Part shown: positions 11,201 to 23,340 of the stretch, piece by piece | How positions within the stretch are numbered: the stretch's first letter is position 1 | Layout of the letters: every line of letters starts with the position of its first letter | NCBI RefSeq assembly: GCF_001194135.2 | Contig: NC_068985.1 | Span: forward strand, 7,856,808-7,920,807 | Origin: Octopus bimaculoides | Taxonomy: Eukaryota | DNA length: 64,000 bases | Reading direction: 5' to 3' | Made by a program: the position numbers and the translations under genes | Notes under the pieces: model-generated | The model's database searches: none | What the model was told of the DNA's origin: nothing | The model's input: only the letters and a program-made list of their open reading frames with translations

Positions 11201-11617
11201 TGCAGATTATATATGTGAGGTTGGCAGTGGTAAGAAAGTTGTTACAGTTTCTAACAGGTCTTTCTGCATGGCTTCTCTGGTGGTTCACCTGGCCTGTGTG
11301 AGACATACCTATGTGGCCCCAAACTTCACAGATGAGGTGAGGAACTGTAGGGTCAACTGAATTGTCTTTCATGCTGGTCTCTTTATGTGTGACCACCTTG
11401 TTTGCATTTCGCTGGAATGTTATCACTCTATCATAGACTCTTTGTTTCAAGGTTTTCCTATCATATGTGCATATATACACATACATATACTCAAATATAT
11501 CTATATACCTGTGTATATATACACATAAACTGTATGTGTAATCATCATCATCATCTGTCCATCTTCCATGCATGCATAGGTAGGATGGTTGATAGGAGCC
11601 AGCCAGGTAGAAAAACT

Positions 11618-12328
11618 GGATCTATTTTAAAACGGGGGCCACAGTTTTCTTTAATGTTTTACGTAGTGTTTTTGGTACCGAAAGACTTTCAAACTTTGTA
11701 TACTTATCTATTTTGTGTTATAGAACAGAAAAATATTTTTGTATTCGAATTTATTTCATGTAAAAAATTGTCTTATTTCGATAATTTCAACCAATCACTG
11801 ACAAGTATTCAGTTGTTTACATTTACTCCTTTGGCTGATTAAGCGGTGTAAAGCGTATTTAATCTCCATAACTTCTGACATTTGCAGAGAGACAATTTGC
11901 TTTTTTCATTTTCTTTTTTTTTCTTCGTTTTATTTGCTTTTTTCTTTTTAAATTTGCTGTTTTACCCTAGCCCTAACCCTAACCGTAGGGTTAGGGTTAG
12001 GGTTAGCCTATAATAGAAAGGTTTATTAGCTACTGCCAATATGCTTCAGCCATTTTTTAACAAGGAAATAATAATTTTATCACCGATAGAATTGTTTCAG
12101 AATCGTTTGTTTATGTAGTCGGCACTTAATGTATATCGGCTGAATGGACGTCAGTGATTGGTTGAAATTACAGAAATACAACTTTAACATGGAATAACTT
12201 AGGGATTTCTTTTTTTTTTTAAGAAGACTAAGAGAAAAAGATGTTTAATATGACACATTCTACCAGTGTTCCAAGTTCCAAAGTGTTTCGTTAAGAAAAT
12301 ACTGTGGCCCCTGTTTTAAAAAAGATCC
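11618..12328 (+). mobile_element. 711-bp foldback MITE with 28-bp TIRs starting GGATC, an 8-bp TSD and an internal inverted telomeric core (copy 1)
   Basis: Left TIR GGATCTATTTTAAAACGGGGGCCACAGT; right end revcomp GGATCTTTTTTAAAACAGGGGCCACAGT. TSD GAAAAACT at 11610-17 and 12329-36. Second copy at 34189-34786. Confidence 0.9.
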
Positions 12329-12789
12329 GAAAAACTACCTTAGGCTGTAGAGGAGATAGATGGTGAAGTACCAGGGTATATTCACAAGTAACAAGGATCA
12401 GAGCATAGATGTGATGGTAAAGAAAAGAGAGGTATGAAGGTCATAATATACACAGTCAGGTATTGTCAAGAAGGCGCAAGTAGGGAGTGGGGATTGCAGT
12501 GACTGGTAAAAACCTGGTTGAGGGCAAGAAGGGGGATTGGAAGACAATCATAGTTTATGAAGAGGAAATGTGAGGAAGAGAGAGATGCTGTTTAGGAGAG
12601 GAGATGTAGTTCAGTTTCTTGGAGTAGGTTGTGTGAAAAGTTTGTTGTTCCATGTGGGTGGGACACGACTCTTCTAGCACTCAGTTTTGTTGATGTGAGC
12701 AGGTCTTCTCTAGAACTTTATATTGCTAAACATCTTGGTCCATTGTCATTTCCTCCGTGAGCCCCAACATCCTAAGATCAGTCCTCACA

Positions 12790-13700
12790 TCATCCCATGT
12801 CTTCCAGGTTAATCAAGACCTGCTCACCCAAAAAGGCGACTTCAGTCAGGACCTCCTTCGAGATGGCCTCTAGCCAGGTCTTCACCAAGTTCTGTGCCTT
12901 GGATTTCAGTGACCTGTGGTTCCTGCTCTCCTGGAGCTGAGTGATGGTGCTGAAGAAGTCACCATCCTCATTACTGGTTGTGCTACTGTCCTCCTCATTG
13001 ATCTCCATTAGGGCTGTCTTTACGATGGTTTCCATGGTGTTCATTACTCTGCTAAACTGGTTATTATTATACTGCTCCATTTAGAACAGGCGAAACTTTG
13101 AGTGGAAGGCAGCAGCCAGCTGGTACTCCAGGTCTTCTAGGAGGAGCCCAAACCTTTTCATGATGCCTGCCAGCATTGCATCTACCAGAAGACTGCAGTA
13201 CAGGAGATGTTTGAACTTGGCCTCCTTCAACTTCATGACGGTGGCCACTACAGTTGGCTGAAGGCTCCTGAGATAGGCTTGGTCCTTCCCCTAGATTTTA
13301 TTCAAGGCCTTGGCAACATTAGACATCCCCTGGGCATACTCTGTCAGGAAGCCGACATCAGAATCAGTGAAGATCTGCAACTTCAGCTGTGTCATCACCC
13401 TGTGGACAGCTCCCCTATTCTTCTCCATAGGTCATAGGTAGAGTTCCATCTGTACCAAACTGCCTAAATGCCGTAACAAAGTTTTTGCCATTGTCCATCG
13501 TAGTCCTGGTCACCTTGTTGTGTGCGAGAACATCAAAGGTGTGGTGTCCTCTGAGTTGAGAGCAGGCCAGGATGGCATGTTGTCTCATGCAGGTCTTGGG
13601 ATCTAGCCAGTGTGCCATCATCCCCAGGTAGGACCTGTATGAGCTGACCAGCAGTCTGCAGTAGTTGCCATCCAGGGGACATCCTTGAGCAATCTGTAAT
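12790..13700 (-). mobile_element. hAT (Ac/Tol2/ZBED1-like) transposase remnant, pseudogenised
   Basis: Minus-strand pieces: WMATTADCWSAH, (SYLG)MMAHWLD...HAILACSQLRGHHTFDVLA, TTMDNGKNFVTAF, MSNVAKALNKI*G...LQPTV...AGIMKRF...LAAAFHSKFRLF. Confidence 0.9.
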
Positions 13701-14479
13701 TAAAAAATGTTAAATTGTAAAGAGACATAAGGTGTAAAGTTAAAAACTGAAAATTATATACATTTAATAATCAAGGTGGTTAGCAGCAATTTAAAATCAA
13801 CAAGGAGTGACAAGGGTACAGTGAGCACCAGCATTGCTAGAAATAGGAGTTGTAGACTCTTTAGTCACAAAAGCACATGGTCTCTTTGTATTGACAGAGG
13901 AGAAAACCCTCCCCACTGTGAGTGAGGTGCATTAGATTAGCATGGTAATTTCGTATAGGAAATCAGTACTCATCAGTAATGCTCACTCCGTCACAGCTGG
14001 TAGAGGCCAACTCACCCTGTCAATATCATGGAGAATGCCATTGGAATCAGTAATTTATTTCACAAAACGGCAATGTGAAAATTATAAAATAATCAAGGTG
14101 GCTAGCAGCAATTTAAAACCAACAAGGAAATAATTCACCATCAATATATATAAGCTGATACAGAATATGATCAAGGCCGACTAAAAATCTGCATCTCCAC
14201 ACAAGCTGCAATGGTATTTGTGAACGTATGGTTTGTACAATTTTTTGCAGGTAAGAAGGAGGTAGGACATTTGATTGCAGTATCTCATAAACTATATTTT
14301 ATTTAAAGAAATCACACAGATTGTAGTTTAACATTTGTTACCAGGCTATTCTAAATTCATGGAAATATTAACACTACCTTGATAGGTGACATGTTGTGGG
14401 GGATGAATAACCGAGATGAGGGATGGAATGATGGTTGGAATTTGATAAGTTCAGAACTTAAAGTTCGTTTATTCGTTAT

Positions 14480-14981
14480 ATCATTAAAAACTGCTGTTTT
14501 GGCTGTGCATCTGATTTTACAGAAGGAGCTCATAATGCACAATGCTCTTTGAATTCCAGCAGATATGGAGCATCACATCACCTTCTTTGCATACTGGCTG
14601 ACTTTTGAAGTGGCTAAAGCTAGTTACCTTCATTTTCTCCATGACCTTTTTTCACTCCACATTGCTCTTAACAATCAATTATTCATTACCTGTGATTGTT
14701 CTTTTCATTGTGTTTGAGTAAAGAGTTGCAAAAGGAAATATGCTTCATTAGATTTTGTTTCTTAAATTGAGGCATCCATGTGGAGTATTTCTGCAATTTA
14801 TCATGTTGTGTGACTTGATTATTTTTGAAAAGTGCTTGAATTTGGATATCATAAACCACTTACAGTCCTCTCAGTACCATCTCCATAAACTTCACATATC
14901 TTTTTTGTTGTACGGCATCTTTTCCCCTTTCCGGAAATAAAAGAGCATCAAATGATGAAGGTCTATCTCATTTTTCTCCAT
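14480..14981 (-). mobile_element. Mariner (Mos1/Hsmar-like) transposase remnant with internal deletion
   Basis: MEKNEIDLHHLMLFYFRKG...CEVYGDGTERT; NLMKHISFCNSLLKHNEKE...ITGNE*LIVKSNVE*KRSW; KKVM / LHICWNSKSIVHYELL. Confidence 0.85.
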
Positions 14982-15150
14982 TTTCACTTTGAATGTAAAA
15001 ACAGTAGAAATAAACTTTCCATACAATAATCATATTGAAAGATGTGTTGAAATGTCACCTTTCAGAAAATGTATACATACCATATGCTTCTGTCATGTGA
15101 GAGATGAAATCCCATGTTTAAATGGGGTAACACTACTCTCTCTCTCTCTT

Positions 15151-15215
<65 letters not shown>

Positions 15216-15529
15216 NNNNNNNNNNNNNNNNNNNNNNNNNNNNNNNNNNNNNNNNNNNNNNNNNNNNNNNNNNNNNNNNNNNNNNNNNNNNNNNNNNNNN
15301 NNNNNNNNNNNNNNNNNNNNNNNNNNNNNNNNNNNNNNNNNNNNNNNNNNNNNNNNNNNNNNNNNNNNNNNNNNNNNNNNNNNNNNNNNNNNNNNNNNNN
15401 NNNNNNNNNNNNNNNNNNNNNNNNNNNNNNNNNNNNNNNNNNNNNNNNNNNNNNNNNNNNNNNNNNNNNNNNNNNNNNNNNNNNNNNNNNNNNNNNNNNN
15501 NNNNNNNNNNNNNNNNNNNNNNNNNNNNN
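15216..15529. other. Assembly gap (N run) after a (CT)n tract
   Basis: Run of n. Confidence 1.
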
Positions 15530-15775
15530 AAAGCCAGCAGTCGCCCATGCATACAGCCTCCCCTCTCCACGCCACCAGTGTATTCCAAGGGAAAGGCAAA
15601 GGCTGATACAGCTTGGCACCAGTGATGTTACAACTCATTTCTATAGCTGAGTGAACTGGAGCAATGTGAAATAAAGTGTCTTGCTCAAGAACACAACACG
15701 CAGCCCAGTCCGGGATTTGAACTCACAACCTCACGGTTGTAAGTTCGACACTCTAACCACTGAGCCATGTACCTT
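15530..15775 (-). mobile_element. tRNA-derived CORE-like SINE
   Basis: ggagcaatgtgaaataaagtgtcttgctcaagaacacaacacg...gggatttgaactcac (B-box complement)...ctaaccactgagccatg. Confidence 0.85.
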
Positions 15776-16909
15776 CACATATGCATTATACTTGGGTGTA
15801 TGTGGTGTGTGTGTGTATATAATATATGCGAGAATTGAGATGTGTAGATGTGGGCTGTGTACAAGAAATAAGATGGGGAACTCCAGCCAAATTTCTCAAG
15901 TAAAGAACATTGGTATAAAATCTGGGAAGACAATAGTGATAGTGTTGGTGTTGTAGGCATACTTTCTGTAGCGAAGTGGGTGGGTAAAGTGATAGAAGTT
16001 GTCAGTGTGCCATTAGATACTTTGTCAGATTGACTGTTCTCATCAGAACGTCCTTTCCAGGTGAAAAATGTACTACTCAACTCAGGTTAGTTGTTGATTA
16101 CTTCAGACTTAGAGCTAGAAGGCCTCAGAGACACATGCCTGTCTGGGAAAGGAAGATATGAAAGCTTAAAGATCCATTGAGCAGTCAGAAATTAATATCC
16201 TTCACAATTATGGATTCATTGCAATGAGATATTGTCTTGGTATATAGCAGTTTAAATTATCAGAATATTTGGGCAAAATTTCATCTTTGCTTAGTCTGAG
16301 ATTCCTATTAGAAAGTAATTATTTCATATTTGATGACTCAGCATGCTGACAAATTTTAGGGACTGCAATGAGTATCATAGTCTCCTCCCCCATACCAGTT
16401 TGAGATTTGATTCAAGTGACTCTTAATTGCTGATCTGGTCAAAATGTGCATTAGTTTATAGAAACAGGGTTTGTTGTATAAAAGTAGTAGTATTAGAGTG
16501 GCTGGAAGATTAAGGAAAGCAAAAGTGTGCAACAAAGAAAGAGAATGGGGAGCCATGAAGAAATGTAAACGAATTTCAACTGGTTTCAACATTGAAGTAT
16601 TTTACATCAACTGTTTCAGTACACATTTTCAGCCTGATTCTGGTTCTCATGCAAGCATGTAAAGTGGCTATGTTAACTCTTAGTATCCCGTATGATGCAA
16701 ATCTACCTCTCAGTGCATGTATTCGTCAGCCTGTTACCACTTGAAACTGTCTGAATCAGTTTTATGTTATGTTTTATTGAGTGTCACAGTACAGTGTTTG
16801 TAGTAAGGTTTGAATTTTTGAGTTCTGGGTCGTTGTTTTGACACTAGATACATGTTGTCTTCTTGACATTTGATTTTTTAAAATTTAAATGCCATTTCAA
16901 CTTGCAGTA

Positions 16910-18144
16910 TGAGGTGCATCAGTTTGTTTTTTTGTTTTGAGGTCATTTGTATGAATTTAGAAAAAGACGCATAGCCCATCAAAGAAAAGCGGTATTTGTA
17001 AACAAATGGTACAAATAATGTTGAGAATCCTTTTATCCCACCTCTTCAATGAATCCTCTGTTAGCATCAATGGCTGCTTCAATATGGGGTTGGAAGTGTT
17101 GTCATGCCAAAATCCTGATCCCTATCAATTTTGCATATAGTGCTGGTTATGGTAGGCTTGAAAGATTGTATGGTGTTATGGGGGTGTTGATTGATCTCGA
17201 CTACACCCATCCGTATTTGTCCAGTAGATTGAGGTCTGGTGAACTTGGAGGCCAAATGACAAAGAACTTGATCATGGAAATTGGTACACACTCATGCTTG
17301 AGTTGTTCTAACTTTATGGGGTGGTACAGAGTCTTGTTGGAAGACATATTGTCTTCCATTGCATACTAATTCTATCCAGGGCTTCACAACTTTTCTCCAA
17401 CACCTCCGTAGACAGCAGCATTGACTTTAAGCATTGTGATAAAAAGGGAGGAGGCATGATATCTCTCTAGTTGCTGATGCCTCCCAGAACTATCACAATT
17501 GCTGGGAACTTAATAAGCATGACTGTTGGAATCTCATTCGAGTCTATGTGCAACCATCTGTTGTCCCTTCAGTTTACCTTTTGGCCCTGATTGAAGTTTT
17601 TCTCATTGAGAAGAACCAAAGCATTTCAGCCACTTGGTGTTTTAACTTGTTTAGCCAAAACTTTACATGGATTGAACAATTCTCTCATCACATCCAACAT
17701 CAACTGACACCTGTATCACACACAACTTCTTTTGGATGTCCTCATGCACAACTCTTCTGATGGAGCATTCTGAAACCTTGAGGTCCTTTGCAATGGCTCT
17801 GATTGACTTACCGGAGTTTTTAACGATAATATCTTGGAATTTTTGTAGAGTTACGTGTTCTGATAGTTTTAGGATCCCATGCACACTGTTTGCATTTAGC
17901 TGCTGGTGTTGGATTCCCATCAGCAACTTCCAGCTCCTTTCAGACTTTGATAACAAAGGATAAAGCAACTTTCAGGAGGTGAGCTATCTCTGTATCACTG
18001 TGCTTCACTTTTAAGGCAATGTTTATCATGCTTTTTTATTTGCTGGGTTGTCTGACATTATTTATCTGGGAAGTGAGTTTAAAAAAACAAAAGTTAGAAA
18101 GTTAGAGCTCTTGAAAAAAGTGACCAAAAAACTGATGCATCCTG
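16910..18144 (-). mobile_element. Full-length-size Tc1/mariner element (maT/DD37D-like), transposase pseudogenised
   Basis: Imperfect TIRs TA|TGAGGTGCATCAGTTT and TA|CAGGATGCATCAGTTT, 1235 bp. HTH region KSIRAIAKDLKVSECSIRRVVHED; GRQYVFQQDSVPPHK; IWPPSSPDLNLLD. D2-D3 spacing is about 36-37 aa across a frameshift. Confidence 0.9.
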
Positions 18145-19674
18145 TAGGTATTCCATGCAGTTTGTAGATTTGATATCTAGTATGGAATTTAAGTCCTCAA
18201 TCTTAGGTTGGCATTCTTTGTTTAACTTTGGCAATGTAAGAGTACATTCTTTAAATACCTGTTGAGTAAACGATATTCTTTTGTTTGTTTTTCTTCTGAT
18301 ATCTTAGTGTAATTTATCATAATTTATTGAATTATCTTTCTTATTTTTTTTTTTTTGTTAATATCTTGATCTAATGAATAGATCAGAGAAATTTTGACAT
18401 TGACTCTTCAGTCTCAGAACTGAGTTTTGTCAAAATGCCCATTATCATCACACTTTTGATATTTTTTCTTTGTTGGCATTGGTTTGCAATAAACATTTCT
18501 CAACACTTGTCATGTTTTCTCAAAGCTTTATATTACATGTTGATCACTTGCTTCTAAGTTTATCATGGCTTATCTCTATCGCAGCTACTGTCCGCTATGG
18601 ATTCATGGAGATTTTTTTTTCTCTCCCAGCATGCATCCATCAGCTTATTTAATGATAACCACGCTCAACGTACTAATGCTAAATGAAATTAATGTCATAT
18701 ACCTTTTGCCAATGTATACGATGCCCTGTTGCATAAGACATACAAAATGTTTCAGCTTATGTTCAACACCTCATCCATAAAATGCTTGCATTAGGTATGT
18801 AGCAATTTTTTTGTTACACATAAGAGAAAAAAAAAGAGCATGTCTTATACACAAGCATATGGTAGTTTATGGATTCCATTCTAGTTAGGCTTTTGTTATC
18901 TGCATTTCCCTCCATGCAACCTTACACGTTTTAAGTATGCTACATATAGTCTTCTTTTGTAAATGCAACAAAAACTATTATGCAGATTGGTTATAGATTC
19001 GTATTTTCCAAGTATTTCCTGAAAAAAAAAAAAAAAATCTTTCAAGCGCAAAGCCCATTTTGAAGTGACTAGTTAAATAACACGTCCCTAGTGTAATATG
19101 TTAGTGATGTTGATTCTGGTAGGAATTTTAAACACAACTAAATAAATAAGTGTTTATTCTGGTACTCAATGATTTGCATCTATTCTCCCACACCCTAATT
19201 TATGAAAATGTATCTATAAGACTATAAAACCAATCTTTATCACAGTACCCTCTCTCTCCCTCCATTATTTTGGTATTTTGAAATATTTCTTTATCTCTTA
19301 CTTTCTCTGTGAATTTTCCTAACATTGTATTTTTAATCATGGAAATATGCATTTGGATTCTTTTTCTTTTTTTTAAGCAGTAACCCTCATTAGAGACTGG
19401 AGGATTTGTTATCAGTTGATAAAACATGGATTAATTAAGATGTAACAGAGACTGATAGTTCTCTCAAATATTCATGTACATAGAGATTAGTGGGAATTGC
19501 TACTTTGTACTAGTGTACTATGATATTAAGTCAAGTTTAATATTGTTGATGTTTGTTAGTTATTGATTTTATTGGGTTTCTTTGAGGCTGGGTTTTTGTT
19601 TATATTAACAATGGCTTGTGCTTTGTTAGCAAAGCTATGCACTGAATTATAAGAACTCCCTTTATTCCATGTGT

Positions 19675-19717
<43 letters not shown>

Positions 19718-19724
19718 GCAGGCA

Positions 19725-20150
19725 TTACTGTGTGGCTGTGAAGCTTGCTTCCTCGCCATGTGGTCTTGGATTCAGTCCCACTGTGTGGCACCTTCTGCAA
19801 ATGTTTTCTAGTATAGCCTTGGGCCAACCAAAGCTTCGTAAGTGAATGTGGTAGATGAAAACTGAAAGAAACCCGTGCCCAGCATGGAGAACAGATGTGT
19901 AATGGTGGTGGTGTAGTGTGTGTGTGTGTGTGTGTCTTTTCTGGACATCACATTATGGCTGTAAATGAGCATTATTGTCATACAAGTGATGTTGTGTATC
20001 CAGTTACTTGTGAAATATACGTCTAGCTATCAGAAAATATTACCTTACTTGTAAACAGTTGAGGGTTGGCAACAGGATGGAATCTGGCCATTTTAAATCT
20101 GCCTCAACAAATTTCATCTACAAGCATAGAGAATGGAAAAAGATATTTTA
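19725..20150 (+). mobile_element. tRNA-derived SINE and associated tail fragment
   Basis: gtggctgtgaagcttgcttcctcgccatgtggtcttggattcagtcccactgtgtggcacc...gaaactgaaagaaacccgt. Confidence 0.8.
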
Positions 20151-20161
20151 TCTTATAACTC

Positions 20162-20690
20162 CATCATCATCATCGTTTAACGTCCGCTTTCCATGCTAGC
20201 ATGGGTTGGACGATTTGACTGAGGACTGGTGAAACCAGATGGCTACACCAGGCTCCAATCTGATTTGGCAGAGTTTCTACAGCTGGATGCCCTTCCTAAC
20301 GCCAACCACTCTGAGAGTGTAGTGGGTGCTTTTACATGCCACCGGCACGAAGGCCAGTCAGGCGGTATTGGCAACGGCCACGCTCAAAATGGTGTATTTT
20401 ATGTGCCACCCGCACAAGAGCCAGTCCAGGGGCACTGGCAACGATCTCGCTCGAAAGTCCTTACACATGCTGCGGGCACAAGTGCCAGAAAGGCGACGCT
20501 GGGCACAGGTGCCATCACAATTTCGCTTTCGCTTGCCCCAATAAGTCTTCGCAAGCTGAATTTCGTGTCCAATGAAGGAGACGACGTTGGCATGGGTGCC
20601 AGTAGTCGAATTTAGTTCAGTTTCGATTTCGATTTCACTTGCCTCAACAGGTCTTCGCAAGCGGAGTTTAGTGTCCAATGAAGGCAAAAC
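20162..20690 (-). mobile_element. Young (CAT)n-tailed RTE-associated SINE-like repeat
   Basis: catcatcatcgtttaacgtccgctttccatgctagcatgggttggacgatttgactgaggactggtgaaacc...ctggatgcccttcctaacgccaaccactc; near-identical to 57105-57310 and 21663-21960. Confidence 0.9.
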
Positions 20691-21662
20691 TTATAAAATT
20701 AGAGTGGTAGGGTGGCTATTTCGAATAAAATGAGAAGGATGCAAGAATGTTAGTGTGAAAGAAATGAGATGGCATAGGTTGAGTGACTGATATTGGGGAA
20801 GAGGAGAAGAGAATTGTGTAAGTGACAAATATGGGGTGGCAGTGGGGTGATAATGTTAATACAGCTGTCATTCAGGGATATACACGCAATGCTGCATGTG
20901 TACTTTTGTAAATACATAGATGCATGCACACATACACATAAGTAACTTTTAAAATGCTGAGGAAGGGAAAGAAAGGTGGGTGTGAGGAATATATAGCTTT
21001 AAGGAGAGAGTGGGTTGGTAAATTGACAACACTTGTTCACAGGCTGCTTTTTTTCTTGTCCATTATAAACACACACACGTACACATGTCTACTATACACC
21101 ATTTTAAACTCATGTGTATGTTTGTAAATGTGTGTGTGTGTGTGTGTCACATCTTTTAACTGTCTGTCTCTCTACTTCTCTAGGGTTTACCCTATTGCTA
21201 TCACTTATTGGGAAGTAAAATTAAGTCAGTTTTCAAATTTGGCATATTGAAATAATTTTCCATGTTAAATCTCATTTTGTTATTTATTTGTTAGAGAAAA
21301 ATTGCAGAAGAATGTTACAGAAATTTAAAGTCTAATCATTTTTACTTAATCAGTAAACAGGATTTGGAAGCTGGTATTTTCTGCATGATAACTGTCTATC
21401 ACAAAATGAAAGCAAAATCATTACGAGGAATTTTTATTAAACAAAATGAAAGCAAAGCATTATGACGACCAAAGTTGTAAGAACTTCTGAAGTTTTAATG
21501 AATAAAGTCTTGTGAAATGGTCAGACATGTAAATAATTTAAAAAGGAAGAAGTCCTCAACGAGGTGTTTTTGCGAAAAATTGCACAAATCTGTCCTGATC
21601 AAGAGGCCTTCTGTTTGGGAAAGCAGGGTCTGACATGGAATAAACAAAAATTTATATATGAC

Positions 21663-22015
21663 ATTCATCATTATCGTTTAACATCCACATTTCCATGCTA
21701 CCATGGGTTGGATGATTTGACTGAGGACTGGTGAACCAGATGGCTACACCAGGCTTCAATCTGATTTGGCAGAGTTTCTACAGCTGGATGTCCTTCCTAA
21801 CACCATCCACTCCGAGAGTGTAGTGGGTGCTTTTACGTGCCAGCGGCATGAAGGCCAGTCAGGCGGAACTGGCAACGGCCACGCTCAAAATGGTGTATTT
21901 TACGTGCCACCTGCACAGGAGCCAGTCCAGCGGTACTGGCAACGATCTCGCTCGAATGTCTTTACACGTGCCACCGGCACAAGTGTCAGGAAGGCGACCC
22001 AGCGACAACAGGCTC
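21663..22015 (-). mobile_element. Young (CAT)n-tailed RTE-associated SINE-like repeat
   Basis: High similarity to 20162-20520. Confidence 0.9.
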
Positions 22016-22045
22016 TTCAGCTAGTATATATTATATCAATATATA

Positions 22046-23340
22046 TCGTAAAAACCCATGTAATTTGAATACCTGTGTAATTTATGCTGGTGATTTTCAG
22101 GATAAAAATTGCTAAAAAAAGCTTCTACTCATGTAAAATTCGCACCCAAAAGTTTTCAGAATTGCCAATATGGCCAAGGGGAAAAGGTTTTCAATTTAGT
22201 TGTTTTTAGCATAATTTCACTTACTTATGATTAGGTCTTATTAAATTTTCATTAAATTAAAAAAAAAATTCTGTTTACAGGTATCACATTGAAAGCTGTT
22301 AAACTACAAAGTGTTTGTGTTGTTTATAATAAACTTCATTTTACATTTCCTGCTCACAAGAGATTATGTCCGATCTTTAGCATACTTCTGTATGTCTTCT
22401 CAAATCACAATCACAGGAAAAGTAGTTGATAATTCTTATCAACTAAAACAAAGCTGATAAATATGCACAAGTGTTGCAAAATAAGTTTAATTACCAATAA
22501 ACATCAGCTTGGATGACACTTCACTCAACTGACAAAGGAAGGTGACTGATCAAGCTGATTATGTAAACAGAATTCTGATTGGTTGAAAGTGTCTTGTCTC
22601 AAGCTCTGATTTTCTGCCTAGTCTTGTCAGAACCTTTGATATGGAGTATCGAAATTTAATCCCTTTCACACTTATAAAATGTGAAGCAAACTTAAAAATT
22701 TGTCATTATTGTTTTAGCTGGGAGACCAAACTAATAGTTTAGTAACCTTTGAAAATTGAAAGGAGAAAATAAACAGCTTTGCAAGTTTAACTTAGTGTTT
22801 ATTGAACAAGAGAGATGCGAAATTTAAGAAGTGACTTGTTAGAATATACACGTCTGTGAGGAAACATAAACAAGAATTGCAAAAATCTACTATACCAAAA
22901 GAACTGGTAATACATACATTGCAAGTGTTCTATGAAGAGAACATAAGATTGCTGCATAATTCAACATGAATGTGAAATGGCATTAAACATCGTATAAGGT
23001 AAATGAAGGTTTCTGTAGGAATGCTAAAAGTCATATTCACATAGTAAGTTTACATGTGCAAGGATGAATTATGATGTTGTCGACATTAGATGCAGTAACA
23101 GCTGATAGTGGTGATATCGGCAGTGAGGAATCTCGTGTCGTAATGTGGAGAAGGTGAGCAAATAGCTTCCTGGTGCAAACGGAAGCTAGATTCTCTAAAC
23201 GGACAAAAACTGATCTATTTAGAGAAATTGCTGGGCTTCATTGCGATAGGTAGAAACTCCAAGCAATGTAAAATATGTCCCGGACCGTGATTACCAGCAT
23301 GAACGTCAAACTTCAATAGGTAGTTAACCATCTAATGGTT
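22046..23340 (+). mobile_element. pogo/Tigger-like non-autonomous DNA transposon, longer copy; right end not found
   Basis: TA|TCGTAAAAACCCATGTAATTT start. Collinear with 41850-42878 but carries about 500 bp of extra internal sequence (about 22700-23230). Confidence 0.8.

Noticed and set aside
11965-12006. Possible ancestral telomere-telomere fusion site
   Set aside because: Order is (CCCTAA)n then (TTAGGG)n, opposite to a fusion, and it sits inside a TIR/TSD-bounded element with a second copy.
20229-20687. Overlapping 64-128 aa ORFs here and at 21766-22068 and 57169-57396 with near-identical translations
   Set aside because: They are readings of the same high-copy SINE-like repeat, not a gene family.
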